Below are positions 28,076 to 37,658 of a stretch of 64,000 bases of DNA, piece by piece. A program made the position numbers and the translations under genes. This DNA comes from an uncultured delta proteobacterium. GTDB taxonomy: Bacteria > Desulfobacterota > RBG-13-43-22. The DNA lies in assembly GCA_963843145.1 (NCBI GenBank), contig CAWJJC010000028.1, positions 192,001 through 256,000 of the forward strand. Reading direction: 5' to 3'. The stretch's first letter is position 1. Each line of letters starts with the position of its first letter. The notes beneath the pieces were generated by a model. That model saw only the letters and a list, made by a program, of their open reading frames with translations. It was not told the DNA's origin and searched no databases.

Positions 28076-29269
28076 CTACTTGGGACCAAAAACCGGGATC
28101 GCCGGAGCCGGGGTTGCCTCGGTCGCCGCGGCAGGTGGAGGCCCTTTCGGTCCTTTCTTAACCGACTTGGATGCCGGGCCGGCGGCCGTGGAGTGCTCCG
28201 GTTGTTCCGAATGCACCGTGGCCAGGGAGAGAGGCACCCGCACCACCTCGCCTCCTTTGAGTCTAAAGGGACTTAGCCCCGGGTTGTGTTGGGCGATTAC
28301 CGGCCAGCGAGTCGTATCGCCGGAGTACCATTTGGCGATAGTGGCCATGGTTTCACCGGGGAATACCCAGTGCTCGATGAATTCCGGTTGAGGCTTTTCC
28401 GGCTCCGGCGGGACGACATTAACCGGTCTGGTTTCGGGCGGGGCCGTTTCAGTTTTGGCGGTCATGGGACTTTGAACTTTGGCCGGTTCCGGGACTGCCC
28501 GCCGTTCGGGTCCTCTAGCTTTTGCGCTGAGGGGCAGGCTTTCCGGCTTCGCGGGCAGCGGGGGACGTTCAGCCACCGGTTCCGGTAATTTGACCGGCAC
28601 TTTAGCCGCAGTGCCTGGAAGTTCTTTGGCCACGGCGGGGGCAGGGACTGGCGGTTGAGCCTGAACAGGCTTTTCACCGAGGGCCTTGATAAAATCCTGA
28701 TCCCCAAAGAGCGTCTCGATGATCATGACCAGGGAGTCGCTGAAACTTTCGTTATAATTGGTTTCCGATAAACTCCGCCCGAAATTTTTCCCGGTCCCGG
28801 TAACCAGGCGGCTGAAGGTGACCCGTCCGGCGGGATCCCGGACTTCCACCTTGACCTGGGTTTGGGTAACATAGCGGCTGGTCTCCGCCGTCCAGAATTT
28901 AAGCAGTGATCCGTCGACGATCTTGTCGGCCCGTCCGGCCTGATCTACCACCTTGAATCCTTTTTTTCTGAATACGCTGGCCAGGGCCGCTCCGATGAAT
29001 TCACCGGAGGCCTTCGGGTCGTCGGTGGTGATGATCACCCGTTCCGCCTTGTCTTCCAGGTTTTCCCCGATCTGCCTCGGATCAGGCCGCTCATCTTTAA
29101 AGGTTCCAAAAAATATCCTCAGCGGCGTGACGGCTGCCGGCGAAGTCTCTAATTTGGCATTGGGTTTATATTCAAGGGAAATGGTGTGCTGGGCGGTTTT
29201 GGCTGCAGAAGTCAGAAAAATAAACAAAATCCCGGTGGCCAGAACGGCGATTGGTCGAAGCGAAGTCAT
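28076..29269 (-). CDS. Exported YajG-like + LysM protein, C-terminus VFGPK (paralogue 2)
   Basis: Shares GKNFGRSLSETNYNESFSDSLVMI with paralogue 1; LysM GETMATIAKWY. Confidence 0.8.
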   Translation of the reverse strand: MTSLRPIAVLATGILFIFLTSAAKTAQHTISLEYKPNAKLETSPAAVTPLRIFFGTFKDERPDPRQIGENLEDKAERVIITTDDPKASGEFIGAALASVFRKKGFKVVDQAGRADKIVDGSLLKFWTAETSRYVTQTQVKVEVRDPAGRVTFSRLVTGTGKNFGRSLSETNYNESFSDSLVMIIETLFGDQDFIKALGEKPVQAQPPVPAPAVAKELPGTAAKVPVKLPEPVAERPPLPAKPESLPLSAKARGPERRAVPEPAKVQSPMTAKTETAPPETRPVNVVPPEPEKPQPEFIEHWVFPGETMATIAKWYSGDTTRWPVIAQHNPGLSPFRLKGGEVVRVPLSLATVHSEQPEHSTAAGPASKSVKKGPKGPPPAAATEATPAPAIPVFGPK

Positions 29270-29475
29270 AGGCGTTCTCCCAAAAGATTGGTGGTCCTGG
29301 ATAGCCCAGGAGTTTTCGCTCTATTGGCTATCATATCAGGATTTTATGAAAGGCCGCCCGAAGGGCGTTAAATTCTTCATTTCGGGCTCACTTTCCATCC
29401 CATTTTATTTGAATATCCAAGGTCCAACTTGGATGTTGGATATTCGGATTTTTAATGTTTTTAGGTCATATAAGG

Positions 29476-30090
29476 CTACTTGGGCCCAAATACCGTTTCA
29501 GAGGATGAGGGCTTGGACCCCTCGGAGGTTTCCGATTCCTGAGGGGGTTTTTTGCCGGCCGGAGGGCCGGTGGCCGTTGAAAAATCGGGCTGCTCCTGGT
29601 GGGCAATGGCCAGGGACTTGGGCACTTTAATCTGTTGGCCGACCTTGAGGCGAAAAGGGTGGACCCCGGGATTATGAGGAGCTATCGCCTTCCAGGCCGT
29701 GGATTTGCCGTTGTACCACTTGGCAATGGTGGCCAGGGTTTCACCGGCCAGGACTTTGTGGAAGATGAAAGCATCAGGGACCGCTGCCTTGGCCGGGGAC
29801 GGGACCGGCGGCGATTCCTTGGGAGCGGCGGGTTCCGGTGGCGGTGGTGGCGGCGGAAGCTCTTTGGGCTTCACCGCTTCCGGTGGTTTGGCGGGAGCTT
29901 CGGCTGCTTTGGCTGCTTTGGTTGGTTGTTTGGGCTTGTTGTCCGCCGGAGTGACGGCCTTTTTGGTGTCTTCGATTCCCTTGATGAACCCTTCCTGAAT
30001 TGACTTTACTTCTTTTTCGACCTGGGCACATCCGCACCACAGGAGCAAAAAGAGGAAAGGGATTATTTTTAAAATCGAGATCATGGTCAT
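29476..30090 (-). CDS. LysM lipoprotein, C-terminus VFGPK
   Basis: Lipobox-like LWCGC, Pro-rich linker, LysM; ATGA overlap with the kinase stop. Confidence 0.8.
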   Translation of the reverse strand: MTMISILKIIPFLFLLLWCGCAQVEKEVKSIQEGFIKGIEDTKKAVTPADNKPKQPTKAAKAAEAPAKPPEAVKPKELPPPPPPPEPAAPKESPPVPSPAKAAVPDAFIFHKVLAGETLATIAKWYNGKSTAWKAIAPHNPGVHPFRLKVGQQIKVPKSLAIAHQEQPDFSTATGPPAGKKPPQESETSEGSKPSSSETVFGPK

Positions 30091-32318
30091 CCTCCCAAAT
30101 TCTGTAAGTAGCTCCGAGCCAGGCTGTTGTTGGGATTGATTTTAAGGGCTTCCCGAAAATAGAACTGAGCCTTGGTAGGATCGTTCTTCTTTAAATAGGT
30201 GATACCCAGGTTGGTCAAGACCTCATCCTGGTAAGCAGGAGAGAGTACCCGGCAGGATTCGAAATATTTTATCGCCTGATCGAAATTGCCCTGGCTCATG
30301 TAAATATATCCCAGGTTGAAATGGATTTCCGGGATTTTGTTATTTAGATTGATGGCCTTTTGATATTGCAGCACCGCACCGGAATAATCTTTTTTAAAGG
30401 TCAGGAGCCGGCCCATTTGATACGGGGCTTCGTAATTGGTCGGGTCCAGGGTGGCGGCCTGCTCCAATAGTTGTTGGGCCTTGGCGGGGTTAGCGGTTAA
30501 TTGGCCCTTGGCTTGAGTGATCAGGGTATTCGCCTGCCTTTTAGCCTCGGCGGGGGGACCGGCCGCACCCGTGACCGGAGGCGGGGGAGGGGTGCCAGTG
30601 GTCGGGCTGGTCTGCAGGTAACTGCGGGCCAGGCTGTTATTGGGGTTCAGGCCGATAGCCTGTTTGAAATAGGTCTGGGCCTGGCCCGGGTTATTTTTCT
30701 TTAAGAAGGCGATCCCCAAGTTGGTCAGGACTTCATCTTGATAGGGCGGGGAAAGGGCCCGACAGGATTCATAATATTTGATGGCTAAATCATAATCACC
30801 TTGATTTAAATAGATAAACCCCAGGTTGAAATAAATTTCCGGTTTCTGATTATTGATTTGCAAAGCCGCCTGGTAATGTTCGATGGCGGCCGGAAAATTT
30901 TTACGCAGGGTTAATAAGCGGGCTGTTTGAAATTGGGCTTCAAAGTTTTTGGGGTCCAGTTGGACCGCCTGTTCCAGCAGCTTCTGGGCATTGGCCGGAT
31001 CGGATTGGGTTTCATTTTTGGCTTGCTGAATTAATCGTTCCACCTGGATTTTGGTCTGGTCGTTGGAAGAAGCGCCGGGAGTGGCCGGGCTGGAATCGGA
31101 CGGTTTAAGGAGCGCGGCGGGGATCTCGGGAGAGGTCTTCTTTACCAGACGGATGACCAAAACAATCCCCACCACCATGATCAGGAGTAAGACTACGGTT
31201 AGCGCGATGGTTTTTGAGGCCGAATTGCCGGTTTTGGCGGCGGGTGAGGGTGAAGCCGTCGGTTTGGGTGCGAGCGTCGGCTTAGGGGACGGTTCCTTGG
31301 GCGCCGGGGCAGGTTTGGGTTTTTTTTCGACCGGAGGCTCTTTATACTCCGGGGCTTTCGCTTTTTCTTCGCGAACGACCGGTTTCTCTTCCGCCTTGAA
31401 TTCCACGGTTTTATCAAAAGATGGAGCCGCTTTGGTTTTAATAGTCGTATCACTGACCGCCGGGGTCGGGGGTGGGCTGGGACGCATGGCTGACCGCAGG
31501 TCCTTCAGCATTTCCGAAGGGGTTTGGTAGCGCAGCGCTGGATCCTTGGCCAGGGCTTTCTTGACTATGGTTTCAACGGCTGGAGGGATGTGGACATTCA
31601 AAACCTTCGGGGGGATAGGCTCCACCTGGACGATTTTATAGGCCAAGGTGACCGTGCTTTCCCCTTCGAAAGGGCGTTCCCCGGTCAGGACCTGATAAAA
31701 GACGGCGCCCACCGAAAACAGGTCCGAACGGATATCGACTTTTTGTCCGGAGATCTGTTCAGGCGACATGTAATAGGGGGTTCCCAGGACTGTCCCGGTG
31801 GTAGTGATGGACAGGGAAGGGATCTTGGCAATCCCGAAATCCATGACCTTGACCCGTTTGTCGCCCATGATCATGATATTGGTCGGCTTGATATCGCGGT
31901 GAACGATCTGTTCCTGGCTGGACATTTCCAGCGCCTGCAGGATTTGATCAAAGATGGCAACAGCGTCTTCCACCGCCAGGACCTTGGCTTCGTTCAAGAC
32001 TTCGGCCAGGGTCCTCCCGGTAATGTATTCCATGCAGATGTACTGGAATTCATCGGTCTCCCCGTAGGAATGGATGGTGACGATATTGGGATGGGAAAGG
32101 CGGCCGGCAGCCTGGGCCTCCTGAATCAGCCTTTTGCGGGCTTCCACCATGGCCGGCGTGGTAAATTCCACCTTCTTGGATATCAGTTTTAGAGCCACGA
32201 CCCGGTTTAAAATGGTGTCTTTGGCCTTATAGACCATGCCCATTGCCCCCTGGCCGATAAACTCTTCCAGGCGAAATTGATCGATTTCTTTTCCAATGAG
32301 GTTGCCGGGGTTGAACAT
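30087..32318 (-). CDS. Hanks-type Ser/Thr kinase with TM helix and duplicated extracytoplasmic TPR block
   Basis: IGQGAMGMVY, VALK, HRDIKPTN, DFG, YMSPEQ; one TM; two similar TPR blocks. Confidence 0.93.
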   Translation of the reverse strand: MFNPGNLIGKEIDQFRLEEFIGQGAMGMVYKAKDTILNRVVALKLISKKVEFTTPAMVEARKRLIQEAQAAGRLSHPNIVTIHSYGETDEFQYICMEYITGRTLAEVLNEAKVLAVEDAVAIFDQILQALEMSSQEQIVHRDIKPTNIMIMGDKRVKVMDFGIAKIPSLSITTTGTVLGTPYYMSPEQISGQKVDIRSDLFSVGAVFYQVLTGERPFEGESTVTLAYKIVQVEPIPPKVLNVHIPPAVETIVKKALAKDPALRYQTPSEMLKDLRSAMRPSPPPTPAVSDTTIKTKAAPSFDKTVEFKAEEKPVVREEKAKAPEYKEPPVEKKPKPAPAPKEPSPKPTLAPKPTASPSPAAKTGNSASKTIALTVVLLLIMVVGIVLVIRLVKKTSPEIPAALLKPSDSSPATPGASSNDQTKIQVERLIQQAKNETQSDPANAQKLLEQAVQLDPKNFEAQFQTARLLTLRKNFPAAIEHYQAALQINNQKPEIYFNLGFIYLNQGDYDLAIKYYESCRALSPPYQDEVLTNLGIAFLKKNNPGQAQTYFKQAIGLNPNNSLARSYLQTSPTTGTPPPPPVTGAAGPPAEAKRQANTLITQAKGQLTANPAKAQQLLEQAATLDPTNYEAPYQMGRLLTFKKDYSGAVLQYQKAINLNNKIPEIHFNLGYIYMSQGNFDQAIKYFESCRVLSPAYQDEVLTNLGITYLKKNDPTKAQFYFREALKINPNNSLARSYLQNLGG

Positions 32319-32342
32319 AGGTAAAAAGGCTCCTTACGGGTC

Positions 32343-35300
32343 TTAAGAGAATAACACCTTGTGGGCCGCTAAAACTCGGTTATTAACATCCAGTATTTCC
32401 AGTATCAGGGACATCGGTTGATTAGGCGTTGTCAGTTGAATATAGCCGCTGAAAAATCCCCGGTTGTCCAATGGTGAAGTAAATTGGGGCTGAGCCGGTT
32501 CGTTTTCCAGGTAAGCCCTGACCTGTTTGCCGTCCGGAGTCCCCTGGGACTGCCCGTAGAGGACCAGCCGGTATTTTCCCGTGGCGGGATTCAATTGCGC
32601 CGAGCGGAGCCAGTCAACGGAAGCCGGGCTGGTCAGGCCCACGTTCGTGGCGCCCTGGACGTTGGGGATGGTCAATAAAAGTTGCCCTCCGGCGGCCGAG
32701 GGGCTTGGTTTTTGGGGTTGGCCGGCCGGAGAAGCCAAAGCGGCGGCCGGGCTGGGGGACTCCGGGGCAGCGCCGGTGGCCCCGGTAAAAATAAACACAT
32801 AGCCAATAAAGAAAAGGAGCAAGACCAGCAAGTGGGGGAGGACGCGGGCAAAGATATTCTTTTCCGACATTCTTCGGGCGATCATAAAGAGGGCGATCAG
32901 GGAGCCCAGCATTCCCCCGCTGATCATCATGAATTTCAAAAAAGTAATAATGGAATGGTGAATAAAGGGAGAAAGGGTTGGCTCCTGACTGCCGATCGGA
33001 ATCCCGGCTGTCAGGTAATTATATAATTTACCGATGTATTTTAAGAATTCATAGACCCCCGAGCTGAGAAATTCATGGGCCACGTGGGAAAGGTGCCCGG
33101 CTAGAGCCAGCGGAATAAAGGCCATCCCGTAATGGGCCATGTTTTCCGATACTTTTTCTTGAGAAGCCGCGGCCGAAAGAGTGGAACTTAAGGCAAAGGG
33201 GATGAAGGCCATCAGGACAAAAGAAGAATAGAGCACCGTGTGGGTGACCCATTCGGCCCAGCCCAGCGAACCTTCGATGTTCAGCCAGAAAGTGAGTTTG
33301 GGAAATTGATGCCGGGCCATCAACCCGACCAAAATCACGCCGAAGAGGGATAAACTGAGGACAGGCTGGGATTGACGCCAGAGTTCCTGCAAGGGCGGAC
33401 GGAGGTTGATTTGAACCCCTCGGTTATCGCAGCTCTTGAGGCAGTTCAGGCACATCATGCATTCCGTGCTGGATGATATCGAGGCCGGGTAGGAAAACAT
33501 GGGACAACCCGGGGCCTGTTCTGTCCCCTTGTAACAGAGGTGCTGACCGCATTGGGTCTGGCAGACCTTCTTATTGCCCCGGACTTCGAACAGACTCATC
33601 GTGGAGTAGGTCCCCAGCATCCCGGCCAGCGGGCAGAGGTAACGACAAAAAGTTTTCCGTTCAAAGAGGACACAAAAGAGTACGGAGAAGCCCACGATGA
33701 TGACTAACAGCAGCCCGGTAGCCAAGGGTTTATCCGCCACCCCGAATAATTCTTCGGAATAATCAAGGACCATAAAGGAAATCACGACAACCCAGAAATC
33801 CATCCGTTTAAGAATTTTGGGTACCGGCAGGTTGAATTTTTTCACCCGGGAGACCAGCTCGCCAATACCGGCGATGGGGCAGGCGGTGCACCACACCCGG
33901 CCGAACAAAAAAGCCGAGATGGGCAGGATAGGAAACCAGACCAGCCAGGTGATCAGCATCCCCGGGTTGTTGCCGAAATCGTTCAGGGGGTGGCCCTCCG
34001 GACGGGAGCCGCCAAACAGGGTGAACCCGGCCATGACCACCACCATAAAAATATTGAACCAGATAAAGACCTTGGGGATTAAGGGATGACGCAGGAAATT
34101 TCGGATCCGGTCATTGCGAACCAGGTTGATCTTGTGGATTTCCTTTTCCGAAGGGACGACAAAAATCAAGTCTCCGGGTATGATCATATCCTCGGAAGAA
34201 ACGATCGCCGCCCGTTGAATCACATTCTCCAATTCCTTGATGTTCCCGGGCCAGGTATAGGAAACCAATCTTTCCGTGGCCTCCCGGGATAACCCGCTGG
34301 TTCGTTTCCCGTCCTTTTTGGAAAAAAAGTTTAGATAGTGATTGGCTAAGAGGGGGATATCCTTCAATCGCTGAATCAGGGGCGGCAGAACGACGATTCG
34401 ATCCTTGAGCAGTTCCCTCAGTTCGGGGATGAATTTGTCTGACACCTCCGCTTCCGTCCCGGTGGCTAAGAGAATGACTTTGGTCTGGGCCTTGACGCTG
34501 GCCTGGCCGTAGACCCGGTGAAACCAGCCATACTTGAGATAGGTGACCAGTATGCTCTGCTGGTGGGCGTCCAGTTGCTCGGCGTGGGCGATGGCCAGGG
34601 TGCCGCTCTCGATCATCTCCAGGTAGCCGACCTGCCCCTTCATGTGGGTGGCTTCCGGGTCGGGCTCGATGCCGAAGATAGCCGCCCCCACGGTGCTTTC
34701 CTCCAGGTCGGCTAAGGATATTTCCACATAGGGATAATCCGGATGGCCGCCCATTTTATGGAAATAGCGGGCCATGGTTTTTTTGCCGGTCCCGGAAGGC
34801 CCGATGATCAGAGCGGTCTTGCCCTCCTTGGCCAGTTTTTCGATTTTATTCCTGGCTTCCTTGATCTTGCGGTCTTCCCCGATGATCTGGACATCGGTGG
34901 AGGTGATGATGTGCCGTAAGTTGTCCTGGCGTTTACCCTCCTGGTCCGATTCGGACTGGGCCGTGCGCAGTTTCTTGAGGACCATCCGATAAAAAGCCTG
35001 GTTGAGCTCCGGCTTTTTTTGGAGTAATTCATTCAACCGCTCTTTCCGAAGCTCCAAAAGGTAGAGGTCCACGCTGGCGATCATGGAGAAATTACCCGTT
35101 TCCCCGGCCAGCAGCGCCCGTTCACCAAAAAAATCTCCCGGTCCCAGACGGTCAATATTCCGTTCCCCTCCCTCCTCATTTACTTCCACGATCCGGATTT
35201 CTCCGGAATAGAGGAAATACATGCTTTCAACCAGGGTGTTCTGGGCCAGGACGACGGCATTTTTCGGAAAAAAGCGAACTACCAGGTTTTGGGCCAATAA

Positions 35301-35906
35301 AATCTTGGTTTCCTGGTCCAGCCAGTTTAACAGGTCGCTTTTATTGATAAAAGATACCTTGTCCCCTAAGGAAATTTCGGGTTCCTTCTGGGTGAAGAGC
35401 AGGACGGAGTCCCCTAAGGTAATGCGATCGCCGGATTTGAGCAGCATTTTATGAATGAGCTGATCGTTGACCTGCACCCCGTTGGTTGAGTTCAGGTCCT
35501 CAACGACATAATACCCATCTTCAAAATGTATCTCGGCGTGGGAACGGGAAACTTTTTCATCGTCCAGGACCAGGGCGTTGTAATTGGATCGGCCGATGGT
35601 TAATTTTTCCTGGCCCAGATTAAAAACCTTCTCGTTGGCCAATCCGCTAACTACTTCTATGGTGGGTTGGATGACATCTTCTTTTTTAAAGGCCGTAAAC
35701 GGTTTAAAGGCTACCGTGGCCATTCCGTCATCCAGGAGGGGTTTGGGGAGGCCTTCCGGAAAACTATCGGACCCTTTCCCCTGGCCGGCACCCGGGGAGA
35801 AGAGTTGGGTCTGGTCTCCCAGGGGTTTGGGTAAAGAGGGCTGGCGGTGACCTTCTCCCTCCGCGTTACGCCGGGAGGTTTGGTCAAATGGTTCCTGGTC
35901 CTTCAT
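32343..35906 (-). CDS. FHA + cNMP-binding + degenerate sigma54-type AAA+ + membrane 4Fe-4S multidomain protein
   Basis: IGRS..SRSHA..STNG (FHA); GDFFGERAL (cNMP); GPSGTGKK and YTWPGNIKELEN (AAA+); WCTACP, FCRYLCP, CMMCLNCLKSC among many TMs. Alternative TTG start at 35927. Confidence 0.85.
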   Translation of the reverse strand: MKDQEPFDQTSRRNAEGEGHRQPSLPKPLGDQTQLFSPGAGQGKGSDSFPEGLPKPLLDDGMATVAFKPFTAFKKEDVIQPTIEVVSGLANEKVFNLGQEKLTIGRSNYNALVLDDEKVSRSHAEIHFEDGYYVVEDLNSTNGVQVNDQLIHKMLLKSGDRITLGDSVLLFTQKEPEISLGDKVSFINKSDLLNWLDQETKILLAQNLVVRFFPKNAVVLAQNTLVESMYFLYSGEIRIVEVNEEGGERNIDRLGPGDFFGERALLAGETGNFSMIASVDLYLLELRKERLNELLQKKPELNQAFYRMVLKKLRTAQSESDQEGKRQDNLRHIITSTDVQIIGEDRKIKEARNKIEKLAKEGKTALIIGPSGTGKKTMARYFHKMGGHPDYPYVEISLADLEESTVGAAIFGIEPDPEATHMKGQVGYLEMIESGTLAIAHAEQLDAHQQSILVTYLKYGWFHRVYGQASVKAQTKVILLATGTEAEVSDKFIPELRELLKDRIVVLPPLIQRLKDIPLLANHYLNFFSKKDGKRTSGLSREATERLVSYTWPGNIKELENVIQRAAIVSSEDMIIPGDLIFVVPSEKEIHKINLVRNDRIRNFLRHPLIPKVFIWFNIFMVVVMAGFTLFGGSRPEGHPLNDFGNNPGMLITWLVWFPILPISAFLFGRVWCTACPIAGIGELVSRVKKFNLPVPKILKRMDFWVVVISFMVLDYSEELFGVADKPLATGLLLVIIVGFSVLFCVLFERKTFCRYLCPLAGMLGTYSTMSLFEVRGNKKVCQTQCGQHLCYKGTEQAPGCPMFSYPASISSSTECMMCLNCLKSCDNRGVQINLRPPLQELWRQSQPVLSLSLFGVILVGLMARHQFPKLTFWLNIEGSLGWAEWVTHTVLYSSFVLMAFIPFALSSTLSAAASQEKVSENMAHYGMAFIPLALAGHLSHVAHEFLSSGVYEFLKYIGKLYNYLTAGIPIGSQEPTLSPFIHHSIITFLKFMMISGGMLGSLIALFMIARRMSEKNIFARVLPHLLVLLLFFIGYVFIFTGATGAAPESPSPAAALASPAGQPQKPSPSAAGGQLLLTIPNVQGATNVGLTSPASVDWLRSAQLNPATGKYRLVLYGQSQGTPDGKQVRAYLENEPAQPQFTSPLDNRGFFSGYIQLTTPNQPMSLILEILDVNNRVLAAHKVLFS

Positions 35907-36019
35907 AAAGATGATTCCTGTCCTCAAGAAAAATGGTGAAAAAAGGGTCCTGCCAGGTTCAGATGGGGGGATCTCCTGCCTGGTACCGGCGGAGATCCCC
36001 CCAGGGATGGACTCCGCGG

Positions 36020-36403
36020 CTAATGCATTTCCACTGCCGTTACCTGATTATTCTGAAATTTTACTTCCACCTTTTGCGGTGTATAATATTTATATTCGGT
36101 GATCGCGCCTTTTTGCTTTATTTCGGCCGGGTTGCCCATGATCTGTTTGACCTGGTCTATGGTCATACCGGTTTGCACCTGGGATATGTTGGGCGCCGGG
36201 GCTCCAGGCTGGGCCGCCGGGGCTGCTCCTGGTGTTGTGCCGGCCGGTGCCGCCGGTGCTGGTGCCGCCGGTGCCGGGGCCGCCGCTTGCGGCGGTGGCG
36301 GAGGGGCCTGTTCACGGCTACAGCCGACCCCTAACATCAAGGCCGAAACAAAGACAAATAAACCCATCCAGACTGCCAACCTACGCGTTTCTTTTTTTCC
36401 CAT
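36020..36403 (-). CDS. Small lipoprotein with Pro/Ala linker and SmpA/BamE-like C-terminus
   Basis: AAGGAG RBS; lipobox LGVGC; VQTGMTIDQVKQIMGNP. Confidence 0.72.
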   Translation of the reverse strand: MGKKETRRLAVWMGLFVFVSALMLGVGCSREQAPPPPPQAAAPAPAAPAPAAPAGTTPGAAPAAQPGAPAPNISQVQTGMTIDQVKQIMGNPAEIKQKGAITEYKYYTPQKVEVKFQNNQVTAVEMH

Positions 36404-36626
36404 TCCCATTCTCCTTTTTTGCGATTCGCTTTTCAGGTAACTAGCTGATTTTTGGATCTTCAAGCCTAATCCTTTTAAGTATATAAGAAAAGTATATAAT
36501 TTCAATAAAATTATTATAAAAACCCCGGTCTTTACTGTTGACAAGCAGGCCCCTTCGTGGAACAAAAAAGATGGATTTTTTGTGGGCAGTTCTATAGGGT
36601 CTCAAGATAGTACCAAGATCGAAGGG

Positions 36627-36710
36627 CGTCATTCCCGCGGTGCTTCTGGGCGGGAATCCGGTTTTTCCCAGGAAACGCTGGATCCCCGATTAAAGCCTTC
36701 GGGGATGACG
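36627..36710. repeat. GTCATTCCCGC-type double-hairpin REP element
   Basis: cgtcattcccgc..gcgggaatcc ... ggatccccga..tcggggatgacg. Confidence 0.8.
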
Positions 36711-36752
36711 AGCAATTATAGGTCAATAAAATAAAGGAAAAATTTTCGCCCT

Positions 36753-37658
36753 ATGCCTTCCAGGCAGATTCACTTCTTCCAGCCCGCATTCAGGACCTAT
36801 GAGCCGGGATTTTTTTCGGAGACCGTCTCCTGCGGTACCACCGCGCTGTCCATAACCGGGACGGAATGCCGGCTGCTTTGTAAACATTGCGGGGGAAGGG
36901 TCCTGCGCAATATGAAAGCGGCCGTCACTCCCCCGGACCTTCGCCGGGAGGCCGAGAGGGTATTTCAGAGGGGAGGACGCAGTCTATTAATCAGCGGCGG
37001 TTCCGGGGAGGAGGGGGGCGTGCCCCTGGCCCCTTTTCTTCCCACCCTGAAAGAAATCCGATCCGAATGGGGATTGAAGGTCTTGGTCCACACCGGATTG
37101 GTGTCTTCTGCTCTGGCGGACGGCTTGGCCGAGGCCGGCATTGAGGCCGCTTTGTTGGATATAATCGGCCATGAAGATACCATCCGTCAGGTTTACCATC
37201 TGCGGGCAGCGGTCAGGGATTACGAGGAGTCCTTGAAGCGACTGACTGAAAGGGCCATTCCCACGGCGCCGCACGTCATCATGGGGCTTCATTTCGGTCA
37301 GCTTAAAGGCGAAATACGGGCCTTGGAAATCATCGCCCGCTATCCGGTCCAGGCCGTGGTTCTGGTGGGACTCCGGCCGCTTCCCCGGACGGCCATGGCC
37401 GGGGTCAAGCCTCCCGATCCCGAAACGCTGGGGGAGTTCTTTGCCCGGGCCCGGAAAATGTTTCCCCGAACTCCGGTGGTCTTAGGCTGCGAAAGACCCC
37501 TCGGCCGTCATCGGCAGCAGACCGATATCCTGGCCGTAACCTTGGGGCTGGACGGCATTGCTTTCCCCAGCGAGCAGGCTTTGATTTTGGCCCGGGAGCA
37601 GGGCCTGGAAATACGGACCTCGCCGGAATGTTGTGCCTTGATTCAATCCTTCCGATGA
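36753..37658 (+). CDS. lipS1: Radical SAM, LipS1-type lipoyl synthase subunit
   Basis: CRLLCKHC, LGCERP and C-terminal ECC motifs; adjacent to the lipoate ligase. Confidence 0.75.
   Translation: MPSRQIHFFQPAFRTYEPGFFSETVSCGTTALSITGTECRLLCKHCGGRVLRNMKAAVTPPDLRREAERVFQRGGRSLLISGGSGEEGGVPLAPFLPTLKEIRSEWGLKVLVHTGLVSSALADGLAEAGIEAALLDIIGHEDTIRQVYHLRAAVRDYEESLKRLTERAIPTAPHVIMGLHFGQLKGEIRALEIIARYPVQAVVLVGLRPLPRTAMAGVKPPDPETLGEFFARARKMFPRTPVVLGCERPLGRHRQQTDILAVTLGLDGIAFPSEQALILAREQGLEIRTSPECCALIQSFR

Noticed and set aside
30087-35906. Kinase + FHA as a type VI secretion regulatory module
   Set aside because: No tss, hcp, vgrG or phosphatase genes in the window
32343-35906. A functional sigma54 activator for the window's sigma54 promoters
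   Set aside because: No GAFTGA, degenerate Walker B, no DNA-binding HTH
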